NCBI GenBank assembly: GCA_054661495.1 | Contig: BAAFSQ010000004.1 | Location: 60,001-92,000, forward strand | Source of the DNA: Zygophlyctis sp. KS116 | Taxonomy: Eukaryota > Fungi > Chytridiomycota | Length of the DNA: 32,000 bases | Direction: 5' to 3' | Part shown: positions 10,122-21,716 of the stretch, piece by piece | Numbering within the stretch: the stretch's first letter is position 1 | Layout of the letters: every line of letters starts with the position of its first letter | The notes under the pieces: model-generated | What the model saw: only the letters and a program-made list of their open reading frames with translations | Told to the model about the DNA's origin: nothing | The model's database searches: none | Translations under genes and position numbers: made by a program

Positions 10122-10864
10122 TTAACTATCCAATTTGCTATTAAACCTAAACTTTACAAGTTCTGAGCCCTTCTCTCTTAACACACCTTCAAGAACATCC
10201 CCATCTTTAAACTCTCCAACTCCCTCTGGAGTTCCAGTCAAAATCAAGTCTCCTTAAATTTTTAAAATGAAATTAAATTACCTTTTTCCAAAGTCATTTT
10301 ACTAGATATATTAGCTATTAAAGTGGGAATATCAAAAACCATATCAGATATTTTACCATGTTGGACTTGAGATCCATTTAATTTTAATCCAAAACTAAGA
10401 TCTTTTACATTATTAATTTCGTTTTTGAGCAGAAATCGCGAAATCGGAGTAAAAGTATCACAACCTTTAGCTATAGTCCAAGGTTCTCCATTTTTTATGG
10501 CATCCTTTTGCCAATTTCTAGCTGTTACCTAATAATAAAAATATAAAATACTAATACATCAATTGCTAATACATAACCTCCTACATGATCCATAGCATTA
10601 GCACAACTTATTTTCCTTCCTGCAGATCCAATAACTACACCAAGTTCTATTTCATAATGACAATGAGCATTCATAGGAATAAGAATCGGTCCTTGATCTT
10701 GTAAAAGATAAGAAGTTGTTGGTTTTAGGAATAGAATGGGATCTTTTGGGACAGTATTCCCCAATTCTTTAGCATGAGCACTAGTTATTAAGGGATTTTA
10801 GTTACGCATAGTTCCTGCCAACTCCAATGATCTTTTTACCAAGTCTGTAAAAGTCTGACGGCAT
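10122..10864 (-). CDS. FAHD1: Fumarylacetoacetate hydrolase domain protein (FAHD1/Fmp41-like acylpyruvase, ~219 aa)
   Basis: KIIGVGRNYAAHAKELGN, PILFLKP, HYEIELGVVIG, DVTARNWQ, PWTIAKGCDTFTP and GDLILTGTPEGVG; introns 10781-10805 (25), 10529-10557 (29), 10253-10281 (29). Confidence 0.92.
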
Positions 10865-10889
10865 CTTGGGCAAGCGCTCACTCGTATCA

Positions 10890-10975
10890 GATAGTAGGCT
10901 GTAAGATAGTAGGCATGTCTATGTCTGATGGTAGGCTGTACGATAGTAGGCGTATCAGCACAGCAGATTGTAGGG
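10890..10975 (+). repeat. GATRGTAGGC motif array in the FAHD1/ACS divergent promoter
   Basis: Copies at 10890, 10905, 10927 and 10942, plus degenerate GATTGTAGGG at 10966. Confidence 0.85.
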
Positions 10976-10980
10976 GATAA

Positions 10981-13068
10981 ATGACTGTTTTGATGGACAT
11001 GGACAAGATAACGGTAAAGCCAACAGTAAAAACTCATATTTCTGGAATAGATGAATATCAGAAAATGTACAAGGAATCTATTGAATCGCCAGAAACGTTT
11101 TTTAGTAATATGGCATTGAAAAATCTAGACTGGTTTAGACCTTTTGATCATATTAAATCAGGTGGTTTTGAGAATGGGGATGTTTCTTGGTTCTTAGGTG
11201 GTCAATTAAATGTCGCTTATAATTGTATTGATAGGCACGCTTTGAAAAATCCATCAAAAGTCGCAATCATTTATGAGGCGGATGAGCCTGATCATCATGT
11301 TTATATTACATATGGTCAGCTGCTTGATAAAGTTTGTCGATTAAGTAATGTTTTGAAAAAGAAGGGAGTTAAAAAGGGAGATACTGTTTGCATTTATATG
11401 CCAATGGTTCCAGAAGCAGCTTATGCTATGTTGGCTTGTGCTAGAATTGGTGCTGTTCATAGCGTGGTTTTTGCGGGATTTAGTAGCGAAGCACTTCGAT
11501 CCAGAATTTTAGATGCAAACTGCAAACTTTTGATCACTGCTGATCAAGGGAAAAGAGGTGGAAAAACTATACAACTGAAGAAAATTGCGGATGAGGCACT
11601 ACTGGAATGTCCTGGAGTCAAGGTTATTTATAAAAGTCTGATTTATAGGATGTGATTGTCTTTCAAAGAACTGGTGATTCATCAGTCATGTTTTATCCCG
11701 AAAGAGACTGTTGGTGGCATGAAGAAGTAAGGGAACAACGTCCGGTTTGTCCGTGCGAGTTTATGAGTAGTGAGGATCCTCTGTTTATGCTTTATACCTC
11801 TGGATCTACTGGAAAGCCAAAAGGAGTGGTTCATACACAGGCTGGATATATCCTGGGTGCTACATTGACCTGCAAATACGTGTTTGATATTCATCCAGGA
11901 GATGTTTACGCTTGTATGGCGGATGTGGGATGGATAACAGGGCATTCTTATATTGTATATGGTCCGCTTTCCAATGGAACGACGACAGTAATGTTTGAAT
12001 CAGTTCCTACGTATCCAAGTCCTTCAAGATATTGGCAAATGGTGGATAAGCATAAGATCAATCAGCTTTATACTGCACCCACTGCAATCAGGGCGTTGCG
12101 ACGTTTCGGGGACAATTTTGTATCAGTCTATAAACTGGATTCACTTCGTACTTTAGGTTCTGTTGGTGAGCCTATTAATCCAGAGGCTTGGATGTGGTAC
12201 TATGAAGTTTGTGGGCGGGAGAAATGTGTAATAGTCGATACCTACTGGCAAACTGAAACAGGTTCAATTATTGTCACTCCTTTGCCCGGAGTGGGCGATT
12301 TAAAACCGGGATCTGCTACTCTTCCATTTTTTGGAATAAATTTGGCTATTTTGGATCCTTCGACTGGAAAAGAGCTAGTTGGGAACAATGTCACTGGAGT
12401 TTTAGCTGTTCGTAATACTTGGCCTTCAATTGCACGGTATTTTTCAATATTGAACTAATATTAAGAACAGTATTTAACAATCATTCTCGCTATTTGGACA
12501 CTTATATGAATCCATATAAAGGGTTTTACTTCACTGGAGATGGTGCAACGAGAGATTCAGATGGATTTTACTGGATACGTGGTCGTGTTGAGTGAGTTTT
12601 TTCTTTTAACATAAAGTGATGTTATCAATGTCTCTGGACATAGGCTTAGCACTGCAGAGATTGAATCTGCGTTGATTGTTAATCCTAATTGCTCTGAAAG
12701 TGCAGTAATTGGTATTCCTGACGATTTGACTGGGTAAAACTAAAATATCATTGATCTATAGACAAGCAATTGTGTGCTTTTGTACGTTGAAATCTCCTGC
12801 AGAAGAAGCGGACACGATTAAAAGTTTAATGAATGAAGTTCGTAGCCAAATTGGTCCTTTTGCTACGCCAAAGCGTATATATCTAGTCTCTGACCTCCCT
12901 AAAACTCGATCAGGAAAGATAATGCGTCGAATTTTGCGTAAATTGGCAGGTGGTGATGTCAAAAAAGAGGATACTTTGGATGAAAAAAGATTAATGGAAA
13001 TATTGGGTGACTTAAGTACTCTGGCGGATCCCTCAGTGATTTATTCACTAATTGAAAAAGTCTTTTAA
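10981..13068 (+). CDS. ACS: Acetyl-CoA synthetase (~659 aa)
   Basis: [51 protein letters not shown] and [12 protein letters not shown]; introns 11623-11648 (26), 12437-12465 (29), 12592-12616 (25), 12734-12761 (28). Confidence 0.97.
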
Positions 13069-13154
13069 AAGATTCGATTTCGAGTAGTGGATTAGAAAGT
13101 CGTTATCAAAGTTCTCTTAAATAAAGTAGTGTTTAATGTATTTTTTTCTTCATA

Positions 13155-14924
13155 TTAGTAATAGTTCACCAGAAGAAACCGATCCATGGTGGTAACATGA
13201 AGCAAAGAATTTTTAATTTTTAATACAGGATAGTCCAGATCATCCATCAACGGCTTTGAGGACGGATTATCGATGACGAAAATGTCTTTTTCCACAAATC
13301 CTAATCTTTCTGGAATTCCTCTGGTTCTTGCAATGTCATTTTTTCCAAAAAGCATGATGTATGTTGGCAAAGGTATATTTTTTACACTGCAGTCTCTTTG
13401 CACAAGTCCGATTACAGTTTTAATAATATGATGATAAGTTTCAAAAGATTTTAAGAAGAAACTTCTGGGAAGAATTTGAGGGAAGAAAATAACCCCTTTT
13501 CTTTGATCCCATTCAGCAACTCCAAATGATATGCAGCTAAGATCATAATCTGTTGATCCACGATTCATGGCAAGATTAAGGCTATTAAAGTTATCTTCTT
13601 GCCCAATAATTTTAAGCCAGCTGTTGCTGCCAACCTGTTTCTGTACTTTAGCTCTTGCCTTATTTCTATGTTGTTTATCCATCCATTCAAGTACTACATA
13701 TCTGGATATATTTTGTGACTCTGGATTTGACAAGTAGTTTAGTACACCATCTTTCCATAATGTCATTATATTTTCGTTTATCAAATCTGAAAATGATTGA
13801 CCCTGTAATTCCAAACTAAATGGTATCGCGTACAAAGATATATAACTATCAAAGAATACATCCTGAATCTGGGAAACAATTGTACTAGTCAGCTGCGACT
13901 GAGTATAGAACTGACTTTTAAATGTAGTGTCACCAACCCTCAGATGTGGGAGAGCACAAGTTCGCCGACCCGTTTCAAATAATTCCATTGGTCTCCATTT
14001 TCCTGTTCTTGTTTTTCCTCCTCCACCACATTCACTACAAAATTTAAATTTCAGAGTACAATAAGTGCAAACAAATTCTACTGATAAATCTTCTGGAAAT
14101 GCATCATCAGAGTCTGCAAGTCTAATTCCTCCATTGCCAATGGTTCTACGACAAACTTCGCATTCTACTAGCTTAAGTTCATTAATAGATTTTTTTCTTG
14201 TTGTTGGAACATATTGATGAGTAACAAACTTTACTGGAGGCATATATCCACCAGAACAAGTTGTACATAATACATCAATAAGATAAGTCTTTTCTAATTC
14301 ATCAACGGGCCCCCGTAAATAAATCATTGCAATTTTCCTTTCACAAGTACCCGAACATTCACAAGGATTGATAATGGTCTTTTTTCTAGATACTTTTGTC
14401 TTTTCTGCAGGTTTGCTTGATTCAGTCTGTTCTAAAGATCTTCGCTTTTTATTTGGAGAATGAGTTCTTTTGTTTTCATACTGATCTACATGACCATAAA
14501 AACCTTGATGTTCACGAACAGCTCCATGATCTTGATAAAAAGCGTTTGGATCTTGATAAAAAGCGTTTGGATCTTGATAAAAAGCATTTGGATCTTGAAT
14601 TTCTTGAGCCTGAAAGTGTCCGATATTCCCAATAGGCACAAAGGGTCCATAATTCCCAGGTTGATACAATGGAGACAAATAAGGTCCTTGATCATAAGCT
14701 CCAAAATTATATCTAGCAGGACTTATTGGAGATGGGAGACTGTTATAAATTAAAGATTTATCCGCCATAATAGATTGTTTTTGACTCATAACTTCCAATT
14801 CTAGACCACAATTATTTTTAAGCAGTAAATCGGTCTTCTCAGAGACTGAATCTTTTTGATGCAGATCCTCAGAATATGGTTCCAACTCGATCGGACTAGC
14901 AAGTTTAGACACTTCTGACATCAT
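13155..14924 (-). CDS. Uncharacterised Cys-rich (putative multi-Zn-binding) nuclear protein
   Basis: Long ORF; low-complexity N-terminus, NLS-like PNKKRR, several CxxC pairs and FCSECGGGGKTRTGKWRP. Start uncertain (14924 chosen; ORF track begins at 14981). Confidence 0.75.
   Translation of the reverse strand: MMSEVSKLASPIELEPYSEDLHQKDSVSEKTDLLLKNNCGLELEVMSQKQSIMADKSLIYNSLPSPISPARYNFGAYDQGPYLSPLYQPGNYGPFVPIGNIGHFQAQEIQDPNAFYQDPNAFYQDPNAFYQDHGAVREHQGFYGHVDQYENKRTHSPNKKRRSLEQTESSKPAEKTKVSRKKTIINPCECSGTCERKIAMIYLRGPVDELEKTYLIDVLCTTCSGGYMPPVKFVTHQYVPTTRKKSINELKLVECEVCRRTIGNGGIRLADSDDAFPEDLSVEFVCTYCTLKFKFCSECGGGGKTRTGKWRPMELFETGRRTCALPHLRVGDTTFKSQFYTQSQLTSTIVSQIQDVFFDSYISLYAIPFSLELQGQSFSDLINENIMTLWKDGVLNYLSNPESQNISRYVVLEWMDKQHRNKARAKVQKQVGSNSWLKIIGQEDNFNSLNLAMNRGSTDYDLSCISFGVAEWDQRKGVIFFPQILPRSFFLKSFETYHHIIKTVIGLVQRDCSVKNIPLPTYIMLFGKNDIARTRGIPERLGFVEKDIFVIDNPSSKPLMDDLDYPVLKIKNSLLHVTTMDRFLLVNYY
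14528..14598 (-). repeat. 21-bp coding tandem repeat (QDPNAFY x3)
   Basis: Plus-strand unit GATCTTGATAAAAAGCGTTTG at 14528, 14549 and 14570 (1 mismatch), plus a partial copy. Confidence 0.92.
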
Positions 14925-15047
14925 TCTAATAATTATTACCATGATATGACTGATCAAAAGGAAAAAATGATGACTCTCCAAGAGATAAAAACATATTTAT
15001 TGAGCTTTCCTTCTTCTTGTCCAAGACTTGAGACATTTTTAAAATCT

Positions 15048-15905
15048 CTAAACAAACAATAACAATGGCGCCATGACTTTTAGATCTGAATTCCTAAAAT
15101 ATTCCCAATTTATCTCTGGTAAATCTTTCGGAAACTCTTGAATCCAATTAATAACTAATAATCCCAAGCAAGTTGTATACACTCTTGAGTTTTTCGATCT
15201 TGGGATCACCTTGAAATATTTTGAAATCTTGTGTAAATCCAATTTAGAGTCTTTAATTTTTTGACAAGAGAGTCCTTGTAAATAAAAATCTAGAATCTCC
15301 ATTTTTAACTTATTACAAGAAAACAAACTTGTGAATTCAATGATTTCTTGTACGTCTAAATTAGACATTAAAACCGACATTTGATCCATATAAATCTCTT
15401 GAAATTCGTTTCGATCCAATACAATACTAATCTTGAATAAGCATTTTGAATTAATTACCAATTCTAACCAATATACAATTTCCTGTTTAGTAGTTTTAAA
15501 AATCGATCTTAAATACATTAATAAATGCCTGAAATCCACTTTTAAAAGTAGAGCATCATCTTTAGAAATTGTATAATCCAGTTTCAAGTGTAATCTAATC
15601 CATTCAGACTCTAGAGGATCATGAATTTTAGATTTTATAATGTCTAGTAGCGAGAGTTTGTAACAATGTAAATAATCTTTAAAGCAAGGATGGAAAGTAG
15701 AATGATTTAATAGTAGAAAATCTAGTAATTTTGTATGACTAGTAGACTTTGAGTCTTTAAAAGACTGAAATATTTTATGTATCAATGCACCACTTGGATG
15801 TCCGAACTTTGAATATTCTTGCAGCAGATCCTCTACAGAGTCAAAGAGTCCTTCTTCGACAAGAGAAGAAATGTTTTCAGACATTGCATTGGTAAATTGA
15901 GACAT
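15048..15905 (-). CDS. Hypothetical helical protein (285 aa)
   Basis: Uninterrupted ATG-started ORF filling the gap between neighbours; no motif recognised. Confidence 0.65.
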   Translation of the reverse strand: MSQFTNAMSENISSLVEEGLFDSVEDLLQEYSKFGHPSGALIHKIFQSFKDSKSTSHTKLLDFLLLNHSTFHPCFKDYLHCYKLSLLDIIKSKIHDPLESEWIRLHLKLDYTISKDDALLLKVDFRHLLMYLRSIFKTTKQEIVYWLELVINSKCLFKISIVLDRNEFQEIYMDQMSVLMSNLDVQEIIEFTSLFSCNKLKMEILDFYLQGLSCQKIKDSKLDLHKISKYFKVIPRSKNSRVYTTCLGLLVINWIQEFPKDLPEINWEYFRNSDLKVMAPLLLFV

Positions 15906-15948
15906 CTAATAATCAATTCTAGAGTTCCGAAAGATTAAATTCGGACAA

Positions 15949-18216
15949 ATGACACAAGTTTTGGACAAGAGTCGACATGAGGACGCTATACTTCACTTGA
16001 AACAAAGAGACTCTGATAAGAAACAAATTATAAAGTTTGTCAAGAATGCAATTATTGGAAATAGAACAAATAAACAGATTTATATTTGTCTCGGACTCGT
16101 AAATGAATTGGTACAAACAATGGAAAATGCAGATGATGAACTCAAAACTGAAATTGTTATTGTTATTTGTTCTCTAGCTCATGGTTCAAGAGATCAAGTA
16201 GAGGAAATTACTAGACAAGGAGCATTGGAACCGTTATTTAATTGTTTAAACGTCAAAGTAGAAAAATTGGTACAAGCAGCAGCAAAAGCGATAAGAGCTA
16301 TAATGCAATATCCAGAAATTGTTTCAAATGTTAAAAATGAATGGGTAAACATATTAATTGCAAAATTATATTTGGAAAATTCAAATATCGGTGTTGCAAG
16401 TACTTGCGCTTCAGGTAATTTAATAAAGAATGAAATCACAGTGTTGGCCAAAATGGCCCAAGCTTCCACGTCAATTCAATCTTTAATTTTAGATATTGGT
16501 GGGATTGAACCATTGATTTTATTATTACAAAACGATTCTTTAAAATGTAAAGAAGCAGCTTTAGAAGCACTAGGTAGTGTTTGCTTTAAAAGGTATCAGA
16601 CAGTTTCAGAAATTTCTCTCTTGAAAAGTATTTTTAAAAAAATCTAATATAGTAAATAGGTCAAGATGGAGAAGATATTTTGTCTTATATAATATCAGAA
16701 ATAAGGAATGGGAATAATCCAGTTAAATTACAGGCGTGTTCATGGTATTATTGATAAAATTAAGAGATAGTTTAGTGAAAATGTTTACAACTGGTGGACT
16801 TCCGATGGATTTTTCTCCTTGTATGGTGTTTAATGTTTTTCCTACAATTATAAAACTATTTTCTGATACTGGATCATATCAAATTGATTCAACAATTCAG
16901 GAAAATTCAATAAGGATATTTTCAATGCTGGTTTTGGATAATGAAGATTTTCAAAAAGTTGCCATGGATAGTGATTCTATTTTACAGTTGGCAGAAATAT
17001 TAAATAATGGTCCAAAAGATATTGTCGAAGAGTATTCTTCTGCTTTGGATTACATAGGAAGAAAATCAAGTTGGGAAAAAACTGAAGAGGTAAATTGACA
17101 AATCTTATCAAAAAGAGTGTATTATATGCAATATCTGCAGTAACTTCTCTTAGGGAAGAAAATAGGCGGCAGGCATTAGATTCTAAAATATTACCAAGGA
17201 TAAAGGCTGCTTTATCTAGTCCCTTTGAAGGAGTAAGAGCAGCAGCATGTCAAGTGACTAGATCTCTTTCTAGATCTGTGAAAAATTTAAGGACTTCTCT
17301 GGTTGATTCAGGTATTGCTGTACCTCTAGTTAAACTCTTGAAAGATGTAAATCTTTCTGTTCAGATTGCAGCATCTGCAACATTATGTAATATCGTTCTG
17401 GATTTTTCTCCAATGAAGACTATTATAATTGATAATGGTGGTCTGGAATTATTAGTTCAGCTTGTGGTCTCTTCTGTTGATACTTCACTTCGAATAAATG
17501 CACTTTGGGCCCTAAAAAATGTTTTGTTCGAGGCAGATTCTACAATTAAAGCTCGTGTAATCTCTCAACTTGGATTTGAAACAGTTTATAAATTATGCCA
17601 GGATCCATCATTTGTAATTCAAGAGCAAGCTTTGAATATAATTCGCAATACTGCATGTAGAACAGAACAAGACATTGAATTCGTAGTCCAAGGTCTTGGT
17701 GCAGCTAATCTTGTACAAATTCTTGAAAGAAACCTTTGCTTGGTAGGAATTCCGGATGTGATTCATCTACATGTAAATCCAAAATTATACTAATGCTAGA
17801 CTTTGTATATTCTTGTTAATGTGGCTACCGGTAGTTCACTTCATAAATCTTTCATAACGAATTCACAGACCATTATAGCCAATGTCATTCGCTTACTTCA
17901 TCACTCCAAACCACAAATACGCATTGCTGCTCTGTGGGTAGTCATCAACCTTACATGGACTGATGATCCCGAGTCATTATCTAGAAGAGAGATTTTTAAG
18001 GGCTTTGGATTTCCAGAATTATTAAATCAGCTATTTGAAAAAGAGGAAAACATTGATGTATCAGAACGCATCAAGACAGCTCTCTTAAATTTCAACCCGC
18101 GCAGTCTAAAGGAGAATCATGAAATGAAAGTTGATAATTCTGGATCTGAGCCGTTACTTTTTGGAACGGTGTATGATGATGATACTGGAGACTATGTTTT
18201 GGGCGACCCCGTGTAA
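15949..18216 (+). CDS. ARMC8: Armadillo-repeat protein ARMC8/Vid28 (GID/CTLH complex, ~709 aa)
   Basis: KNAIIGNRTNK, RSLSRSVKNLRTSLVD, ATLCNIVLDFSPMK and INALWALKN; introns 16415-16441 (27), 16628-16659 (32), 16745-16770 (26), 17090-17115 (26), 17773-17799 (27). Confidence 0.88.
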
Positions 18217-18282
18217 ATAGTAGACTGATTAAATGTCCACCTAAAAAAATGATAACGAATTGATTTTTGAAAATTTCCAGTT

Positions 18283-19743
18283 ATGTTGCGATGGATTCCG
18301 ATTTTAGGAAGGATGAGTCTCACAGATTACCTTAGGCTGATCTTGGCATATGCAATATTGATAACTGAACCCATCTTCAGGTTTGTAGTCCGGCTGCTCC
18401 CTAAAGCCTTCACAAGTGGATTTGATAAACATCATGGTTTGAAAAGCAATACTGCAGAGTTTGTAGAGTCCTGTGGCTTCAAATGCCAGGATCATTTTGT
18501 TACTACAAAAGATGGATACGTGCTGGGAATTCATAGAATTATAGATCCTCCTATTGACGCGCCGGATATCAGTAAGAGGCCTCCAGTTTTACTTTGGCAT
18601 GGCTTTCTAATGTGCTCAGAAGTTTGGGTTTGCTCTCCGGATCCCAAAATGTCATTGGCTTTAACACTTGTAAAAGCAGGATATGATGTCTGGCTGGGGA
18701 ATTCTAGGGGGAATAAGTACTCTGCCAAACACTTAAAATGGAAACAGAGCCAAGAAAGATTCTGGGATTTCTGCTTTGATCAAGTCGCTCTTCATGATGT
18801 TCCCAGTACGATCAATTATATTTTAAGAATTACAAACAAAGAGACATTATCTTATATTGGATTTTCTCAAGGGACAGCTCAAGCATTTGCTGGTCTAAGT
18901 TTCGATCCAGAATTGAATAAGAAAATCAATCTATTTATAGCTTTGGCACCTGTTACTAAACCAATAGGATTGGGTAGATTTCATACATGATAATCTAATT
19001 TTTTAGAAAATCAGGGGTTTAATTCTCTTGTTAGAACATCTCCTGACATAATATATCTCTTATTTGGTCGTAGATGCTTAATTAGTGTGATTCTCTTCTG
19101 GCAAAAAATAGTCCCACCTTATTTATGGGCAGCTATTATTGAAAACTCTATATATTTTATTTTTAATTGTAAGTTTTCTAACTAAAATCAAGGGGATTCA
19201 AAGCATCTATTATATAAAGAAAATAATTTTCGGCATCTTTATTCTTACTCTTCTGTTAAATGCGTTGTACATTGGTTTCAAATAATTTCTTCACAAAGGT
19301 GTGTTACCATTTTATAATTTTTTGTAGATTTCAAATGTATGATGATTCTCCTACATTTTTAACAAATACTGATGGACATGTGGTGCCTGAATATCCTTTG
19401 AAATCTATTAAAACTCCTATTGCTCTATTCTTTGGAAAGAAGGATACGCTCCCAGATCTACCTTATATGCTACAAACATTGCCGGCCCCTGTTTTGAATG
19501 TGCAGATTGCAGGTACTTTTTCAAACTTTAAAATTAGAATATGAACATCTGCATTTTTTATGGGGCGAAGGGATAGATCAACTTGTTTATCCTGCAGTAC
19601 TAGGCCTTTTGGATGAATATAACAAGTCTCTTAAACCAGAACCAATACGTACTGTTCCATGGATCACACCACTGCAGATCATTAATTTCAAAAGAACCGC
19701 TGAATCGGATGGCATTATTAGAAAATCTCTTCATTCTTTATAA
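18283..19743 (+). CDS. Acid lipase/steryl-ester hydrolase (Tgl1/LIPA family, ~449 aa)
   Basis: HFVTTKDGYVLGIHRI, GYDVWLGNSRGNKYS, nucleophile GFSQG and YEHLHFLWG; introns 18974-19006 (33), 19169-19192 (24), 19299-19327 (29), 19513-19537 (25). Confidence 0.92.
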
Positions 19744-19805
19744 ATAAATAATTGGCTTTTTACCCGTTCCCGACTCTTTGCAACGTCATACAACTGGAAA
19801 TTTAA

Positions 19806-21350
19806 ATGCTAATCTCAGCAAAAATCCATATTCCTAGTAGGAATATGCAGGAAGAATTTAAGATTGATTCAGATAAATGTATATGGAGTTTGAAAATGGA
19901 AATCATATCAAAAGTCCGAAACCTTGAGAACGAATTGAATTTCGGACTTGTTCTCGTTGATCATGGTAAGAGATCAAATGTGTTTCTTAATGAATCAAAA
20001 ACATTTGCTGATTTGGGAATCTCTTCTGATGTACATTAATGAAAAGATAACTGAAAGATCACTTTAGATTTTGTCAGAAAACAACGTCTCGAATGGTTCG
20101 ACAATGAACTATCAAACGCTAACCAAAAAAATAATAAGAAAAATTCAAAATTCATGATTGAATTCTCAAAGATGAACGGTAAAAATGTTTGTAATCAGTT
20201 TATGCAAATCTTGAAATCCAATGATCCAAACTTTTTAGTACCAGAAACTGGAGAGACTCCTTTAAGCATAGCAGCCTTGAATGAAGACCTGGACATGATT
20301 GTGCTGCTAGTTAATAATGGCGCATTGCTAGATTATAGAGTTGGGACTAATCTTGGGGCCAAAACGCCTCTACAGATCGCTGCAGCTAATGGCAAAACCA
20401 AATCTGTGAGGGTAAAATAATTTCAAACTAATTGCAAGAAACTCATCGAAATGCAATCATGGATAGACGCTCCAGACGTGAATAACTTGACCGCTCTATA
20501 TTATGCTGCAGAAAAAGGGTATGGAGAAATTTGCTTTAGACTGCTCATGGCCAAAGCCAATCCAAATGTATTAGATCAAATAGGCGCATCACCTCTACAC
20601 GTTGCCTCTCAAGAAAATTATGATAGTATTCTAATGCTTCTTATAGATTTTGGAGGAAATTTCCAGATTTCAAATAATCTTGGAAATACACCATTGCATA
20701 TTGCAGCATTAAGAAACTCTGATCGATGCATTAAATGTTTATTGAAGAGAGGTGCAAATAGAAATGCTCTGAACACTTTGAATGAAACTCCTTTAAAGAT
20801 TGCAGAACTATTTAGGCTGGATGATACTGCAGAATGTATTCGAACCTTTAATGATAAGAATATTGAACCACCACCTAAGGAGCCTTGTCCGATTACACCT
20901 CAAGACTCATTAATTGTTAATAATGTTTTAAAAGCTCTGGAGTTCAAACACATTGAACCTTCTCCAATCAGTATTGCTAATCAAACTGTTATCGAAAGAA
21001 ATCTCTTGAAAAAAGAGCAGAGACCACGAATAATTTCTGATTCTTCAAACGACCCTGAAGACACTAAAGATATACTCTATTTAAATTCTAGGATGGACAT
21101 ACTAGAAAGTAGAGAAACTGTTATCGACACGCCCTTGTCTGATAAAGCGCCTCTACAAGAATGCAGGAACGGTTTTCAAAATGCCTTTATGGGTAACTGC
21201 ATCAAATCAAACGTAATTTCCTCTCTCCAAATAATGCGATCTCAAATTGATTCCTTTTACATTGGGGAAACATCGAGTAACTTGGAAGATTTACTTTATT
21301 CATTTACAGTCCTTGAAAATTCCCTTCAAGAATTATTAAATTGCAAATAA
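19806..21350 (+). CDS. Ankyrin-repeat protein with a SHANK-like N-terminal ubiquitin-like (SPN/FERM-F0) domain (~496 aa)
   Basis: DPNFLVPETGETPLSIAA, GALLDYR and about 6 ankyrin repeats; introns 20031-20057 (27) and 20412-20438 (27). Confidence 0.8.
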
Positions 21351-21716
21351 TTGGCTGAAGACAGTACTACAGTAAAAATGCTGTGATATACGGGAATGTG
21401 CAATCCTCAAGTGAAGATAATTAAAGAGAAGAGAAAGTTGTTCGATTGTATCCAATGAATTCCATAATTAGATGGAATTTTATTTCTTGTCGCAAAGATG
21501 GCTGAAACGATTTATTCGATTCTGTCATGATTGCATTAAATGAAATAAATCCGAACGTTATAATCAAATTCACGATAAGGGAGAATCATGTATTGAGAAG
21601 TCAACAGTCGTTGAGAACATTTACTAGGAAATGAATCCTTTGTAATGGATCATGATGCAGGCATTGTGTTTTAGAGTTTGAGTCAATTTCCGAAACAGAG
21701 TGGCGTCACCCCAAAA

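Noticed and set aside
10890-10951. CRISPR-like repeat-spacer array
   Set aside because: Repeats are 10 nt with 5-12-nt gaps, the context is eukaryotic, and there are no cas genes.
10981-13068. Frameshifted or pseudogenised genes, or an alternative genetic code, as the cause of broken ORFs
   Set aside because: Every break is bridged by a GT-AG micro-intron that restores conserved motifs under the standard code.
14396-14753. Overlapping short ORFs across the 21-bp repeat (and other antisense ORFs such as 8761, 11682, 16194, 25074, 25659, 26973)
   Set aside because: Shadow frames of real genes or products of a 3n repeat; no independent motifs.
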